Positions 24,881-35,116 of a stretch of 38,808 nucleotides of DNA are shown here, piece after piece (position 1 is the stretch's first letter; each line of letters starts with the position of its first letter). Location: contig JBJTFU010000175.1 of assembly GCA_046093585.1 (NCBI GenBank), forward strand, positions 1 to 38,808, written 5' to 3'. Under the pieces are notes generated by a model. It searched no databases. It was not told the DNA's origin and was given only the letters and a program-made list of their open reading frames with translations. Source of the DNA: Ilumatobacteraceae bacterium (GTDB lineage: Bacteria > Actinomycetota > Acidimicrobiia > Acidimicrobiales > Ilumatobacteraceae). A program made the translations under genes and the position numbers.

Positions 24881-25885
24881 TTGGCGATCGTGGGCCGGCG
24901 GGTGAGTGTGATCGGTGCCGGTTCGTGGGGAACGACGGTGGCCGCCCTGGCTGCCGCGCAAGGTGAAGTGGCGCTGTGGGCACGCAGCCCTGAGGTCGTG
25001 CGCGAGATCAACGACCAACACCGCAACCATCGGTACCTCGGCGGGCACGCGTTGCCGGCGTCGTTGCGTGCCGACGGGGAGTTGCCGAACGTGGTGGCGG
25101 GAGCCGACGTGGTGGCGATGGCGATTCCCGCCAAGGGCTTTGCGGAGATCGCGCGGGTGGCGGGCAAGGCGGCGAAACCGGGAAGCATCGTGGTGTCGCT
25201 GACGAAGGGACTTGCTGCAGGCTCGCACCGGCGGATGAGTGAGGTGTTGGCGGAATCGTTCCCGCACTGCGGAGTAGCGGTACTCAGTGGCCCCAACTTG
25301 GCCAGTGAGATCATCGCCGGTCAACCCGCCGCCAGTGTCGTGGCATCGACCGATGAGTCCGTCGCGCGCGAAGTGGTGGCGGCGTTGTCGACACCATTGT
25401 TTCGTCTGTACACCAACGAGGACGTCGTGGGCTGCGAGATCGGCGGCGTGGTCAAGAACGTGAGTGCGATCGGCGCCGGGATCGCCCAAGGATTCGGGTT
25501 CGGCGACAACGCCAAGGCCGCGGTGATCACGAGGGGGCTCGCGGAGATGACTCGACTCGGTGTCGCGCTCGGCGCACGTCCGGAGACCTTCTCCGGACTC
25601 GCCGGTCTCGGCGATCTCGTGGCAACGTGTGCCTCCATGCAGAGCCGCAACACCCAGGTTGGCGTGCGCCTCGGGCGCGGAGAGTCGATCGATGCAATCG
25701 AATCATCGATGCGGATGGTGGCCGAAGGTGTGCGCGCCTCGTCCTTGGTGGTGGAACTGGCCGGCGAGCGCGGTGTAGAGATGCCGATCAGTGAACAAGT
25801 GGCGCTCGTGTGTCGAGGTCGCAAGTCGGCCGCCGATGCGCTGGCCGATCTGCTGAGTCGACGGTCGAAGGCGGAGTTCGAATGA
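24881..25885 (+). CDS. gpsA: NAD(P)H-dependent glycerol-3-phosphate dehydrogenase
   Basis: VSVIGAGSWGTTVAALAA, GPNLASEI and VKNVSAIGAG. The start may be GTG 24890, which lies 8 nt after TAATCT 24876..24881. Confidence 0.9.
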   Translation: MAIVGRRVSVIGAGSWGTTVAALAAAQGEVALWARSPEVVREINDQHRNHRYLGGHALPASLRADGELPNVVAGADVVAMAIPAKGFAEIARVAGKAAKPGSIVVSLTKGLAAGSHRRMSEVLAESFPHCGVAVLSGPNLASEIIAGQPAASVVASTDESVAREVVAALSTPLFRLYTNEDVVGCEIGGVVKNVSAIGAGIAQGFGFGDNAKAAVITRGLAEMTRLGVALGARPETFSGLAGLGDLVATCASMQSRNTQVGVRLGRGESIDAIESSMRMVAEGVRASSLVVELAGERGVEMPISEQVALVCRGRKSAADALADLLSRRSKAEFE

Positions 25886-27141
25886 GTGGCGTCATCTCCA
25901 ACGTGACCCTGGCGAGCGGGGTGCGCAAGGCCGGCCACCTGCTCGGGGTGCGCGGTGGTGCATGGCTCGCCGAAGTCAACGAGCGGGGGCGCATTCAGCC
26001 GCGTGACGGATCTCCGGCGTTGGACTGGTACGTCGCCGCCGACGATCGCTGGCACGATCCTTCCGTCGAATCCACGGTGCGTCAACAGCGCCGTGCCGGG
26101 GTTCCGATAATCGAGACTCGACTGCGGGTGCCCTCCGGAGACGTGGTGCAGCGCGTGTGGGCAGTCGCAGAGGGATTCGTCGCCGCCGAGTTCACCAATT
26201 CATCGAGCATGCCCGTGGCCGTCGCATTGTCGCGAGGTGACGTGCAGTGCATCCGCACGCCGAGCCCACTCGGTCCGCAGGGAATCGACCTGCCTCGCGG
26301 CAGCGTGGTATTTCCGATCGCGCATGGCGCCTCACTCACCGTCGCGTTGCCGATGTCGGGCGGTTCCGCCGTCGACTGGCGTGCGCTCGCCTCTCCGGAC
26401 GACATGCAGCGCACGTGGCTCGCCGCCGTGGAACGGGCGGGCTACGCCATCGTCCCCGACAAGTCGCTGTCTCCGCGGATCAACACGGCGCGATCCGACC
26501 TGCTGGCGTGCTCTGCGTTCCCCGTCGAGGAGTGGGGAACCGATCTCGGCGGTGACGACGTCGCGTTCGCGCTCGCGCTGCTCGAGCTCGTGCGGATGGG
26601 TGAGCGCATCGCCTCCTGGCGGCACGGCGACGACGTGCTCGAGCGACTCGCCGAATCGACGACCACCATGTTGCGTCGGCACAAGAAGTCGGACCAGGTC
26701 CCGTGGGACGTGGAACGCGCGTTGTTCGCCGCCCAGTGGGTGTTCGACGCATCGGGAGACGAGCGCGCGGCGCGGGACGTGCAGGCGAGTCAGGCCCGAT
26801 TGGCCACGGCGGGCGCCTTGCCGAATCGCGCCCCCGACGGGGTGCGGTTGGGGGCGTGGCTGGACGAGCAGCTCGTCGGTCCACGACGCGATGGATCGGT
26901 GGCCATTCTCGGTCATGGCATTCCCGCTCTGTGGCGGGGAGTCAATTTCGAATGTCATGACGTGGCGATCGGTGCAGACTCGACGATCTCCTTCGCCATG
27001 CGCTGGCACGGCGAGCTCCCGGCATTGCTGTGGGAGGTGAGTGGTGTCGTCGGCGTGAAGCTCACGGCCGGAGCCACCGACCCGGAGTGGTCGAGCACTG
27101 CATCGAGCGGGGAGGCGCTGTTGCGAGGATTCCAACCGTGA
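25882..27141 (+). CDS. 419-aa hypothetical protein, no family recognised
   Basis: ATG 25882 overlaps the gpsA stop (ATGA), and its own stop overlaps the rnhB GTG (GTGA). Codon usage looks coding. I could recognise no motif. Confidence 0.6.
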   Translation: MSGVISNVTLASGVRKAGHLLGVRGGAWLAEVNERGRIQPRDGSPALDWYVAADDRWHDPSVESTVRQQRRAGVPIIETRLRVPSGDVVQRVWAVAEGFVAAEFTNSSSMPVAVALSRGDVQCIRTPSPLGPQGIDLPRGSVVFPIAHGASLTVALPMSGGSAVDWRALASPDDMQRTWLAAVERAGYAIVPDKSLSPRINTARSDLLACSAFPVEEWGTDLGGDDVAFALALLELVRMGERIASWRHGDDVLERLAESTTTMLRRHKKSDQVPWDVERALFAAQWVFDASGDERAARDVQASQARLATAGALPNRAPDGVRLGAWLDEQLVGPRRDGSVAILGHGIPALWRGVNFECHDVAIGADSTISFAMRWHGELPALLWEVSGVVGVKLTAGATDPEWSSTASSGEALLRGFQP

Positions 27142-27800
27142 CCATTCCCACGTTCGTCCGCGAGCGAGAACTCCTGCAGGGCGGAGCATCCACCGTCGTC
27201 GGCTTCGACGAGGTGGGTAAAGGTGCGTGGGCTGGCCCACTCGTGGTCGGTGCCGCGGTCCTACCCCTCGATGCAGAAGTCCTGCCGACGTTCGCGGGCG
27301 TGCGGGACTCGAAGGCGCTCACCGAGAAACGCCGGGAGGCGATGTTCGAACAACTGGCGGGTGCCTGTGTCGAGTGGGCGATCGGAGCGGCGAGTCACGA
27401 CGAATGCGATCGATTGGGCATGGTCGAGGCGCAGCGACTGGCGGCACAACGGGCGTGCGCGGGACTGCGCACGGACCTCGGTGCAGCCGCCGCCATGGTC
27501 GATGGCAACTGGGACTTCGTCTCTCCGCACGTCGGACGAGTGGTCACCGAGGTGAAGGCAGACGCGTCTTGTTTGAGTGTGGCCGTCGCCGCGGTCCTCG
27601 CCAAGGTCTCCCGCGACAGGCTGATGCGGGAGATGGCGCGCGACTATCCCTTGTGGAACTTCGAGACGAACAAGGGATACCCGTGCGCCAAGCACCGGCG
27701 TGCTCTGCAGGGATACGGACCTTCCGCCGTGCATCGCACCTCGTGGGCGTTCATGGACAACTTCGTCCCATGGCTGGTGCCGCAGGGAACTCATGGCTGA
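27138..27800 (+). CDS. rnhB: ribonuclease HII
   Basis: VVGFDEVGKGAWAGPLVVGAAVL, DSKALTEKRRE, VDGN and KADASCLSVAVAAVLAKV. Confidence 0.9.
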   Translation: MTIPTFVRERELLQGGASTVVGFDEVGKGAWAGPLVVGAAVLPLDAEVLPTFAGVRDSKALTEKRREAMFEQLAGACVEWAIGAASHDECDRLGMVEAQRLAAQRACAGLRTDLGAAAAMVDGNWDFVSPHVGRVVTEVKADASCLSVAVAAVLAKVSRDRLMREMARDYPLWNFETNKGYPCAKHRRALQGYGPSAVHRTSWAFMDNFVPWLVPQGTHG

Positions 27801-28557
27801 CCTCTCCGCTGCGCGTGCCGCGGTGGAGCGAGCACGTCGCATCGTCGTGCTGACGGGCGCGGGGATCTCGACCGACTCGGGCATTCCCGACTATCGCGGA
27901 CCCCAGGGAGTGTGGACGCTCGATCCCAAGGCGGAGAAGATCTCGTCACTGCAGCACTATCTCGCCGATCCCGAGGTGCGGCACTTGGCTTGGCAGCGTC
28001 GTCTGCACTCACCGGCCTGGACGGCAGAGCCGAACGTCGCCCATCGGGCAATCGTGGATCTCGACGCGAGGGGAGTACTCCTCTCGGTGATCACGCAGAA
28101 CATCGACGGCCTCCACCAACGATCAGGGTTGGATCCGCACAAGGTGGTCGAGGTACACGGCACGATCCATTTCTCGGTGTGTTGGTCGTGCGGCGACCGC
28201 AGGCCGATGCAGGAGACGCTGGAAAGAGTGCGTGCCGGCGATCCCGATCCCAGTTGCGAGTCCTGTTCGGGCATCTTGAAGAGCGACACGATCAGCTTTG
28301 GTCAGTCGCTCGTTGAAGAGGTGATCGACCGTGCGATGCGCGACGCGGAGAACTGTGACCTGTTGGTAGCCGTGGGCTCGACGTTGTCGGTGTTCCCCGC
28401 GGCGAACGCGGTGCCGCGAGCCAAGGCGAGTGGTGCCGGGGTGATCATCGTGAACGGGGAGCAGACGGGGATGGACCGTTATGCCGACCATGTGCTGCTG
28501 GGGCCCATCGCCGAACTGCTGCCCTTCGTGTTGGGTCACGACTCCGAGAAAACCTGA
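27793..28557 (+). CDS. cobB: NAD-dependent protein deacylase, Sir2 family
   Basis: LTGAGISTDSGIPDYRGPQGVW, QNIDGLHQRSG, HG, and Zn-ribbon cysteines CWSCGD...CESCSG. The start overlaps the rnhB end by 8 nt. Confidence 0.88.
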   Translation: MADLSAARAAVERARRIVVLTGAGISTDSGIPDYRGPQGVWTLDPKAEKISSLQHYLADPEVRHLAWQRRLHSPAWTAEPNVAHRAIVDLDARGVLLSVITQNIDGLHQRSGLDPHKVVEVHGTIHFSVCWSCGDRRPMQETLERVRAGDPDPSCESCSGILKSDTISFGQSLVEEVIDRAMRDAENCDLLVAVGSTLSVFPAANAVPRAKASGAGVIIVNGEQTGMDRYADHVLLGPIAELLPFVLGHDSEKT

Positions 28558-28566
28558 CCAAAACGG

Positions 28567-28572
28567 TAGGGT
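28567..28572 (+). promoter_or_regulatory. -10-like hexamer TAGGGT with short leadered 5'UTR carrying SD GGAGG (28580..28584)
   Basis: TAGGGT-attgggcGGAGGttcccccca-ATG 28594. Confidence 0.35.
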
Positions 28573-28593
28573 ATTGGGCGGAGGTTCCCCCCA

Positions 28594-29760
<1,167 letters not shown>

Positions 29761-29776
29761 GCCAACCTGACCAGAT

Positions 29777-29801
29777 GACCGAATTCTCCTAGAATTCGGT
29801 C
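29777..29801. promoter_or_regulatory. perfect 11-bp inverted repeat GACCGAATTCT-cct-AGAATTCGGTC, overlapping TAGAAT (29790..29795) and ending 3 nt before the glf GTG
   Basis: Arms read directly; they contain two GAATTC sites. This could be a terminator-like hairpin for the upstream gene and/or an operator or translational occluder for glf. Confidence 0.5.
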
Positions 29802-29804
29802 GAG

Positions 29805-30959
29805 GTGTCACGATCGCTGGCCATCGTTGGCGCCGGATTCTCTGGTGCCGTGGTGGCTCGCCAACTGGCCGAGGCCGGTCACCGTGCGGTGGTGTTCGAC
29901 ACCAGGTCGCACGTCGCGGGCAACTGCCATACCGTGCGCCATGCCGATGGGCCGATGGTCCACGTCTATGGTCCGCACATCTTCCACACCCAGCACGAGC
30001 GCGTGTGGGAGTACGTCAACCGCTTCGGCGAGATGGTGCCCTACGACCATCGGGTGAAGGCCACCTCTCGGGGCCGCGTGTATTCACTGCCGGTCAACCT
30101 GCTCACGATCAACCAGTTCTTCGGCACCACGTTGTCGCCGGATGGGGCGAAGCAATTGATCGAGGACAAGAGCGACAAGTCGATCGGCGAGCCGGTGACG
30201 TTCGAGGATCAGGCGCTCAAGTTCGTCGGCCGTGAACTTTACGAGGCGTTCTTCGCCGGCTACACGAAGAAGCAGTGGGGTCTCGACCCGAGGGAACTCC
30301 CGGCGAGCATCCTTGCCCGCTTGCCCGTGCGCTTCACCTACGACGACTCGTACTTCGACCACCCTTGGCAAGCGATTCCGCGCCATGGCTACACGCCGAT
30401 GGTCGAGGCGATCCTGGATCATCCGTCGATCGAGGTGCGGCTGTCGACGAGGTTCGATCGTTCGATGGCCGAAGGATTCGACCACGTCGTGTGGACGGGT
30501 CCGATCGACGCGTGGTTCGACCACTCACATGGTCGACTGGGGTATCGCACGCTCGACTTCGTCGAGGAGCGTCACGAGGGCGACTTCCAAGGCTGCCCGG
30601 TGATGAACTACTGCGACGAGGACGTGCCGTACACGCGGATCACCGAACACAAGCACTTTGCGCCGTGGGAAGACCACTCGCGCACGGTGACCTACCGCGA
30701 GTACTCGCGACTCGCTGGTGAAGACGACGTCCCGTATTACCCGATTCGGTTGGTGCAGGAAAAGGAGCAGTTGCTCCAGTACGTGCACTTGGCCGAGTCG
30801 GAGCGGGGCGTCACCTTCATGGGGCGACTCGGCACCTACCGTTACCTGGACATGGACGTGACGATCCACGAGGCGTTGAACACCGCTGATCGGATGGTGG
30901 CGGCGCTGCGCGACGGCGGCGAGATGCCGACGTTCTCGGTGGATCCGCTGGGACGATGA
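29805..30959 (+). CDS. glf: UDP-galactopyranose mutase
   Basis: LAIVGAGFSGAVVARQLAE, GPHIFHT, YTKKQWG and the YRYLDMD C-terminal block. Confidence 0.9.
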   Translation: MSRSLAIVGAGFSGAVVARQLAEAGHRAVVFDTRSHVAGNCHTVRHADGPMVHVYGPHIFHTQHERVWEYVNRFGEMVPYDHRVKATSRGRVYSLPVNLLTINQFFGTTLSPDGAKQLIEDKSDKSIGEPVTFEDQALKFVGRELYEAFFAGYTKKQWGLDPRELPASILARLPVRFTYDDSYFDHPWQAIPRHGYTPMVEAILDHPSIEVRLSTRFDRSMAEGFDHVVWTGPIDAWFDHSHGRLGYRTLDFVEERHEGDFQGCPVMNYCDEDVPYTRITEHKHFAPWEDHSRTVTYREYSRLAGEDDVPYYPIRLVQEKEQLLQYVHLAESERGVTFMGRLGTYRYLDMDVTIHEALNTADRMVAALRDGGEMPTFSVDPLGR

Positions 30960-32743
30960 CGGATCATCTCCTGCAGCGACTGACGCTGCCCACACCGGAG
31001 TTTTCCGAGCCGCTGTTGTACCTGCGCGCCTCGGGTGACGTGCGCAGGGTTACCGGTGGGATCGTCCTCGGCGCCGGAGGATCCGTCTCGTTCGACACGT
31101 CGTTCGGCGTGTTCCATGCCGGTCGGTGGCGACGGCTGACGACCGTGAACTCGCTCGCCGCGCGGGTTCGTGCCTCCGGTATGGGGCGCGCCGAGGTGGT
31201 GGCGGTGAGTGGAACGAACGAGTCGGTCGTGGCGAGTGGCGAACTGCCCCGCGGAGAGGGTCGTCCCGAGTACGTCTCGTTTGCGCTGCCGGATCTCGGT
31301 TCGTCGCAGCACGGCGTCTACTTCGTCCGCGTGATCGCCGAAGGTGGCGAAGTCTGCATGACCGGTGGAGAGTGGGTGACGGGGGATGCGCCGGCCCACG
31401 ACGTGCGACTCTCGTTGTCGATCACCACGTTCAACCGTCAGCAATACGTGAAGAAGACGGTGGGCAACGTGCTCCAGCTGATCGACGATCTCGACACGCT
31501 GCGCGAATCGGTGCGGATCCTCGTGGTGGACAACGCGCGCAACGTCCAATTCGACGTGCCGGCACATGCTCCGTTGCAGGTCGTGGAGAACGGCAACCTC
31601 GGGGGAGCGGGCGGCTTCGCCCGTGGCCTGATCGAGTTGCGCAAGCAGGGTTGGGCCACCCACGTGTTGTTCATGGACGACGACATCGACCTCGAACCCG
31701 AGGCGCTGGTGCGCACGATGGCGTTGTTCCGTCATGCGCGCGACCGCAAGTTGTGTGTGCACGGCGCGATGCTCTCCGAAGAGCGTCCGTGGCTGCAATT
31801 CGAGGCTGGCAGCGAGTACAGCTTCCGGTCGATCTATCCGCTGCAGGCGCTCGGCCGCGAGGACGACCTCCGTGAACGACGTTTCGCCGTCGCTGACCAA
31901 CCGGAGATTCCCTTCGACTACACCGCCTGGTGGTTCACCGCGTTCCCGATCGACATCACGCCGGACAACCCGTTGCCCGTGTTCGTGCGCGGCGACGACG
32001 TGGCCTTCGGATTGATGCACACCGGGAAGCACAGCATCACGCTGAACGGTGTCATCGTGTGGCACGCCGACTTCGGACTGAAGAACAACCCGTCGTCCCT
32101 CTACTACGAGGCTCGAAACCTCGCGTTGATCGACACCCTCGTGTTCGACCAGCATCGCTGGTGGAACCTGGCATACCGGTTCGGGTCGTTCGGCTTCCGC
32201 AACCTCTTTTCCATGCGATATGCCAGCACCGAGTACATGCTGAAGGGCTTGTACGCCTTCTTGGCCGGTCCAGTCGAGTGGGCGAAGATCGACCATTCGG
32301 CACTCCACGACGAGTTGCGTACCTGCGCGGAGGAAAGGCCCGGCCCGCTTCCTCCAGAATTGGCCGCCGTTGCGCCTCGCCGGCCGCGGCACAAGGCGCT
32401 GCGCGCCTTCGGCTTCCTCTTCGCGCTGCTGTTGATGGGGGGTGCCTTCGTGCCGCGTGGCTTGCGCCGCAGGGGGCCTGGTGTTGCGCCGATCGACGCG
32501 CGGGCAGTGGGTGTAGCCACCCTCCGCAACCAGATCCTCTACCGCCACGATCGCATCGACGACGGATACGTCGTCAGTCGCGACGACGCCAGGTTCTTCA
32601 GGTTGCTCCGCGAGGTACTGGTGGCGGTCAAGGACGTCGCCATCAACTACCGGCGTCTGAAGCGCGAATACCGCGCTGCCTATCCGTCGATGGTCTCGAC
32701 CGAGTCCTGGGAACGCCGCTTCAGCGATTCGCTGAAGCGTTGA
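30956..32743 (+). CDS. glfT2: GT2-family galactofuranosyltransferase, GlfT2-like
   Basis: The ATGA overlap with the glf stop suggests coupling. LSITTFNRQQYV, LVVDNARN, GNLGGAGGFARG, HVLFMDDDIDLEPE and VFVRGDDVAFGL. The ~595 aa size and N-terminal extra domain match GlfT2-type polymerases. Confidence 0.75.
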   Translation: MTDHLLQRLTLPTPEFSEPLLYLRASGDVRRVTGGIVLGAGGSVSFDTSFGVFHAGRWRRLTTVNSLAARVRASGMGRAEVVAVSGTNESVVASGELPRGEGRPEYVSFALPDLGSSQHGVYFVRVIAEGGEVCMTGGEWVTGDAPAHDVRLSLSITTFNRQQYVKKTVGNVLQLIDDLDTLRESVRILVVDNARNVQFDVPAHAPLQVVENGNLGGAGGFARGLIELRKQGWATHVLFMDDDIDLEPEALVRTMALFRHARDRKLCVHGAMLSEERPWLQFEAGSEYSFRSIYPLQALGREDDLRERRFAVADQPEIPFDYTAWWFTAFPIDITPDNPLPVFVRGDDVAFGLMHTGKHSITLNGVIVWHADFGLKNNPSSLYYEARNLALIDTLVFDQHRWWNLAYRFGSFGFRNLFSMRYASTEYMLKGLYAFLAGPVEWAKIDHSALHDELRTCAEERPGPLPPELAAVAPRRPRHKALRAFGFLFALLLMGGAFVPRGLRRRGPGVAPIDARAVGVATLRNQILYRHDRIDDGYVVSRDDARFFRLLREVLVAVKDVAINYRRLKREYRAAYPSMVSTESWERRFSDSLKR

Positions 32744-35057
32744 GCAGGAGTCGCCACGTGGCGGCGTTGAGGTTGCCGTTGGCCTTCACTCCTGCCATCT
32801 TCTGGAACCTGCGCACGAGGTTCGCCGTCGCCGGCCCGTAGACGCCGTCGGCCCTCACGCGCACGTTGAGCACGCGGGCGAGTGCCGTTTGCGCGGTGGC
32901 CACCGACGGATGTCGTGTTCCCCGTTTGATCACGATCGTCGCCGGGTCGATGCCGAGAACGGCGAGGAGTTGCTCATCTGCCACTCCGTCGGCGGGGAGA
33001 CCGGCCTTCGTCTCGGCAGCCGTGACTGCGGCGACCGTCGTCTTGCCCATCACTCCGTCTGCACGCACACGTTTGCGCTTGGGCGTCTGGAGATAGGTGT
33101 TCAACGCATTCTGCAGTCGCTTCACGTTGTCGCCACGGTTTCCGAGGCTCATCGGAGCACCGAGCGGCACGATGGCGCCATTGCCGATGGTGATCAGGCC
33201 CTGACTGCGCAGTGCATCAAGTTGTCCTCGAATCCACAGCGTGAACTCGGCACGACCGGTGGAGGTGAGGTGCACGCCATCGCGGAACCATCGATAGTGC
33301 GAGGGGGCACTGCTCGCGGCGTTCCAGTCGAGGACCGAGACGTTGGGGAAGCGCGCGGCGGCTTGGGCCAGGATGGCGTTGGAGAGCGCATAGTTGGACG
33401 TGGTGCGTCGGGTGGAAAGGTTGACGAAGACGATTCGTTGGACGCCACGCGAGTTGAGCGCAGTCACCCCTTGGTCCACCGCCCCGCCGAACGTCGCGGG
33501 GTCGTCGTTGTACCCGAGTTGCACCACGACCACGTTCGGGAACTGGTCGGCTGGAAGCGAGTTGATGATCGAGATGCCGTCGGGCAGGACTCCTGCGGCC
33601 TGGATGCAGCCCGCACCGACGAGACAGCGGTTGGAGCGGGCCTGGAAGTTGGTGCGCGGGTAGGCCGGCACCACGACGCTCGCGTATTCGGCGGTGATGC
33701 TCTCGCCCACGGAGTCCCCGAGGAAGAGGATCGAACCGACCGGTGCGGCATCGAATGCGGCACCTCCGATCGGATTCACGCCGAACCACGGGGCCGGGAG
33801 ATCGAAGGTCGACCTGAACGTCCAGCCCGACACGTTCACGGTGCCCGCCGTTCCCACGATGCTGACGCCGGTGGTGTAGCCACCGAAGTCACCACCTTGG
33901 CCGTCGTGTGCGGTCCTGACTGCGACGAGAGAACCGATTTGTGGCCACTTCGCCTGAATCGCTGGAGCCGAGATGATCCGTGTCCAGACGAACAGTGAGT
34001 TGAGCGACTCGGTGACGGCATCCCCCGGATCCGCCTGCACGGGGAATTCGCCGCCCGCGGTCCGACCTCCATTGGTCGCCGAGAACTCGGTTCGCACGGG
34101 ATTGCCATTGCGCAGGATCGCCACGCTGGCGGTCTCTGCGATCGCCTGATCGGTCAACGGATGTTCGAGGACGGTCGGTGCGGTGTTCAGCGCCTCGCGC
34201 ACCATCGTTCCTCCGTACACCTGACACGACTCGGTGTCACAGGTGCGCGCGAGCCCGGCGTACCGGTTCTCGGTCGCGGCGTACGAGCGTGCGGCCACGG
34301 CCTGCGCGCGCAGCGCGTTCATTCCCGCACCACCCGCTGCCGACCCCCACTCGGCTGGAGATTCGCGTGGCACGACGCCCCGTAGGTAGCTCTCCAAGGG
34401 GAGCACGTTGATCGTGCGGTTCTGACCGCGCACGTTGTTCACCGCACGGATCTCGCCGCGGTAGTAACGAATCTTGTTGCGGCCGTTCGTCCGCGGTTCG
34501 CACAGACCGACCGCGAGGTTGCCGGCGGATGCCGGGTCGCGCGAGGTGGTGGTGGCGAACGATGCCACGGTCGGCACGTCGGCGATCGCCACGAATCCTT
34601 CCGTGGCGGGATCGTCGGCGCTCGGGCATCGCCGTTCCATCGATCCCCAGACTCGGTAGACGCGGTCGCCAATTTCGCGCGCGACGAGTGACGTCCACGC
34701 CCGCCCGGGTACTGGGTCCTGCACGAAGAGCGCGTTGGAGGCATCGGCGACCACGGCGGTCTGGGCGTTGTCCATGGCAGTGAGATGGATCGACATCTCT
34801 TGGTTCGGATCCGCGAGGGGTCCTTGCGCGAGCCCTGGGTAATAGAAGGACAAGATCTGTTGCCACGACCAACCCTGGGTGGTCGCCCAGCCGTAGGCGC
34901 CCCATTGGCTCATCCCGCGGCCGTGACCGTTACCGCGGCCGTAGACGACGACGGCGTTCGGAACGACGTCTGAGGCGCGGGCTGGCGCACTGGGGGCCAA
35001 GGTTGCCACCGCGACGAAGGCGACGACGAGAGCGATGAATCGTGGGGGTACGCGCAT
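32721..35057 (-). CDS. secreted multidomain cell-wall protein: SpoIID/LytB-like + SGNH/GDSL hydrolase + two PG-binding domains
   Basis: Signal peptide: MRVPPRFIALVVAFVAVATLAPSAPARA. SpoIID blocks: GHGRGMSQWGAYGWA and LRAQAVAARSYA. SGNH block I: ILFLGDSVGES. Two PG_binding_1 repeats: GDNVKRLQNALN...ADGVMGKTT and VATAQTALARVL...ADGVYGPAT. SD GGAGGA lies 10 nt before the ATG. Confidence 0.8.
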   Translation of the reverse strand: MRVPPRFIALVVAFVAVATLAPSAPARASDVVPNAVVVYGRGNGHGRGMSQWGAYGWATTQGWSWQQILSFYYPGLAQGPLADPNQEMSIHLTAMDNAQTAVVADASNALFVQDPVPGRAWTSLVAREIGDRVYRVWGSMERRCPSADDPATEGFVAIADVPTVASFATTTSRDPASAGNLAVGLCEPRTNGRNKIRYYRGEIRAVNNVRGQNRTINVLPLESYLRGVVPRESPAEWGSAAGGAGMNALRAQAVAARSYAATENRYAGLARTCDTESCQVYGGTMVREALNTAPTVLEHPLTDQAIAETASVAILRNGNPVRTEFSATNGGRTAGGEFPVQADPGDAVTESLNSLFVWTRIISAPAIQAKWPQIGSLVAVRTAHDGQGGDFGGYTTGVSIVGTAGTVNVSGWTFRSTFDLPAPWFGVNPIGGAAFDAAPVGSILFLGDSVGESITAEYASVVVPAYPRTNFQARSNRCLVGAGCIQAAGVLPDGISIINSLPADQFPNVVVVQLGYNDDPATFGGAVDQGVTALNSRGVQRIVFVNLSTRRTTSNYALSNAILAQAAARFPNVSVLDWNAASSAPSHYRWFRDGVHLTSTGRAEFTLWIRGQLDALRSQGLITIGNGAIVPLGAPMSLGNRGDNVKRLQNALNTYLQTPKRKRVRADGVMGKTTVAAVTAAETKAGLPADGVADEQLLAVLGIDPATIVIKRGTRHPSVATAQTALARVLNVRVRADGVYGPATANLVRRFQKMAGVKANGNLNAATWRLLLNASANR

Positions 35058-35116
35058 GAAGAGAGGTCCTCCCGCCCGCGCCTACGACCCTAACTGACTC
35101 GCGCTCCTGGGTCGTG

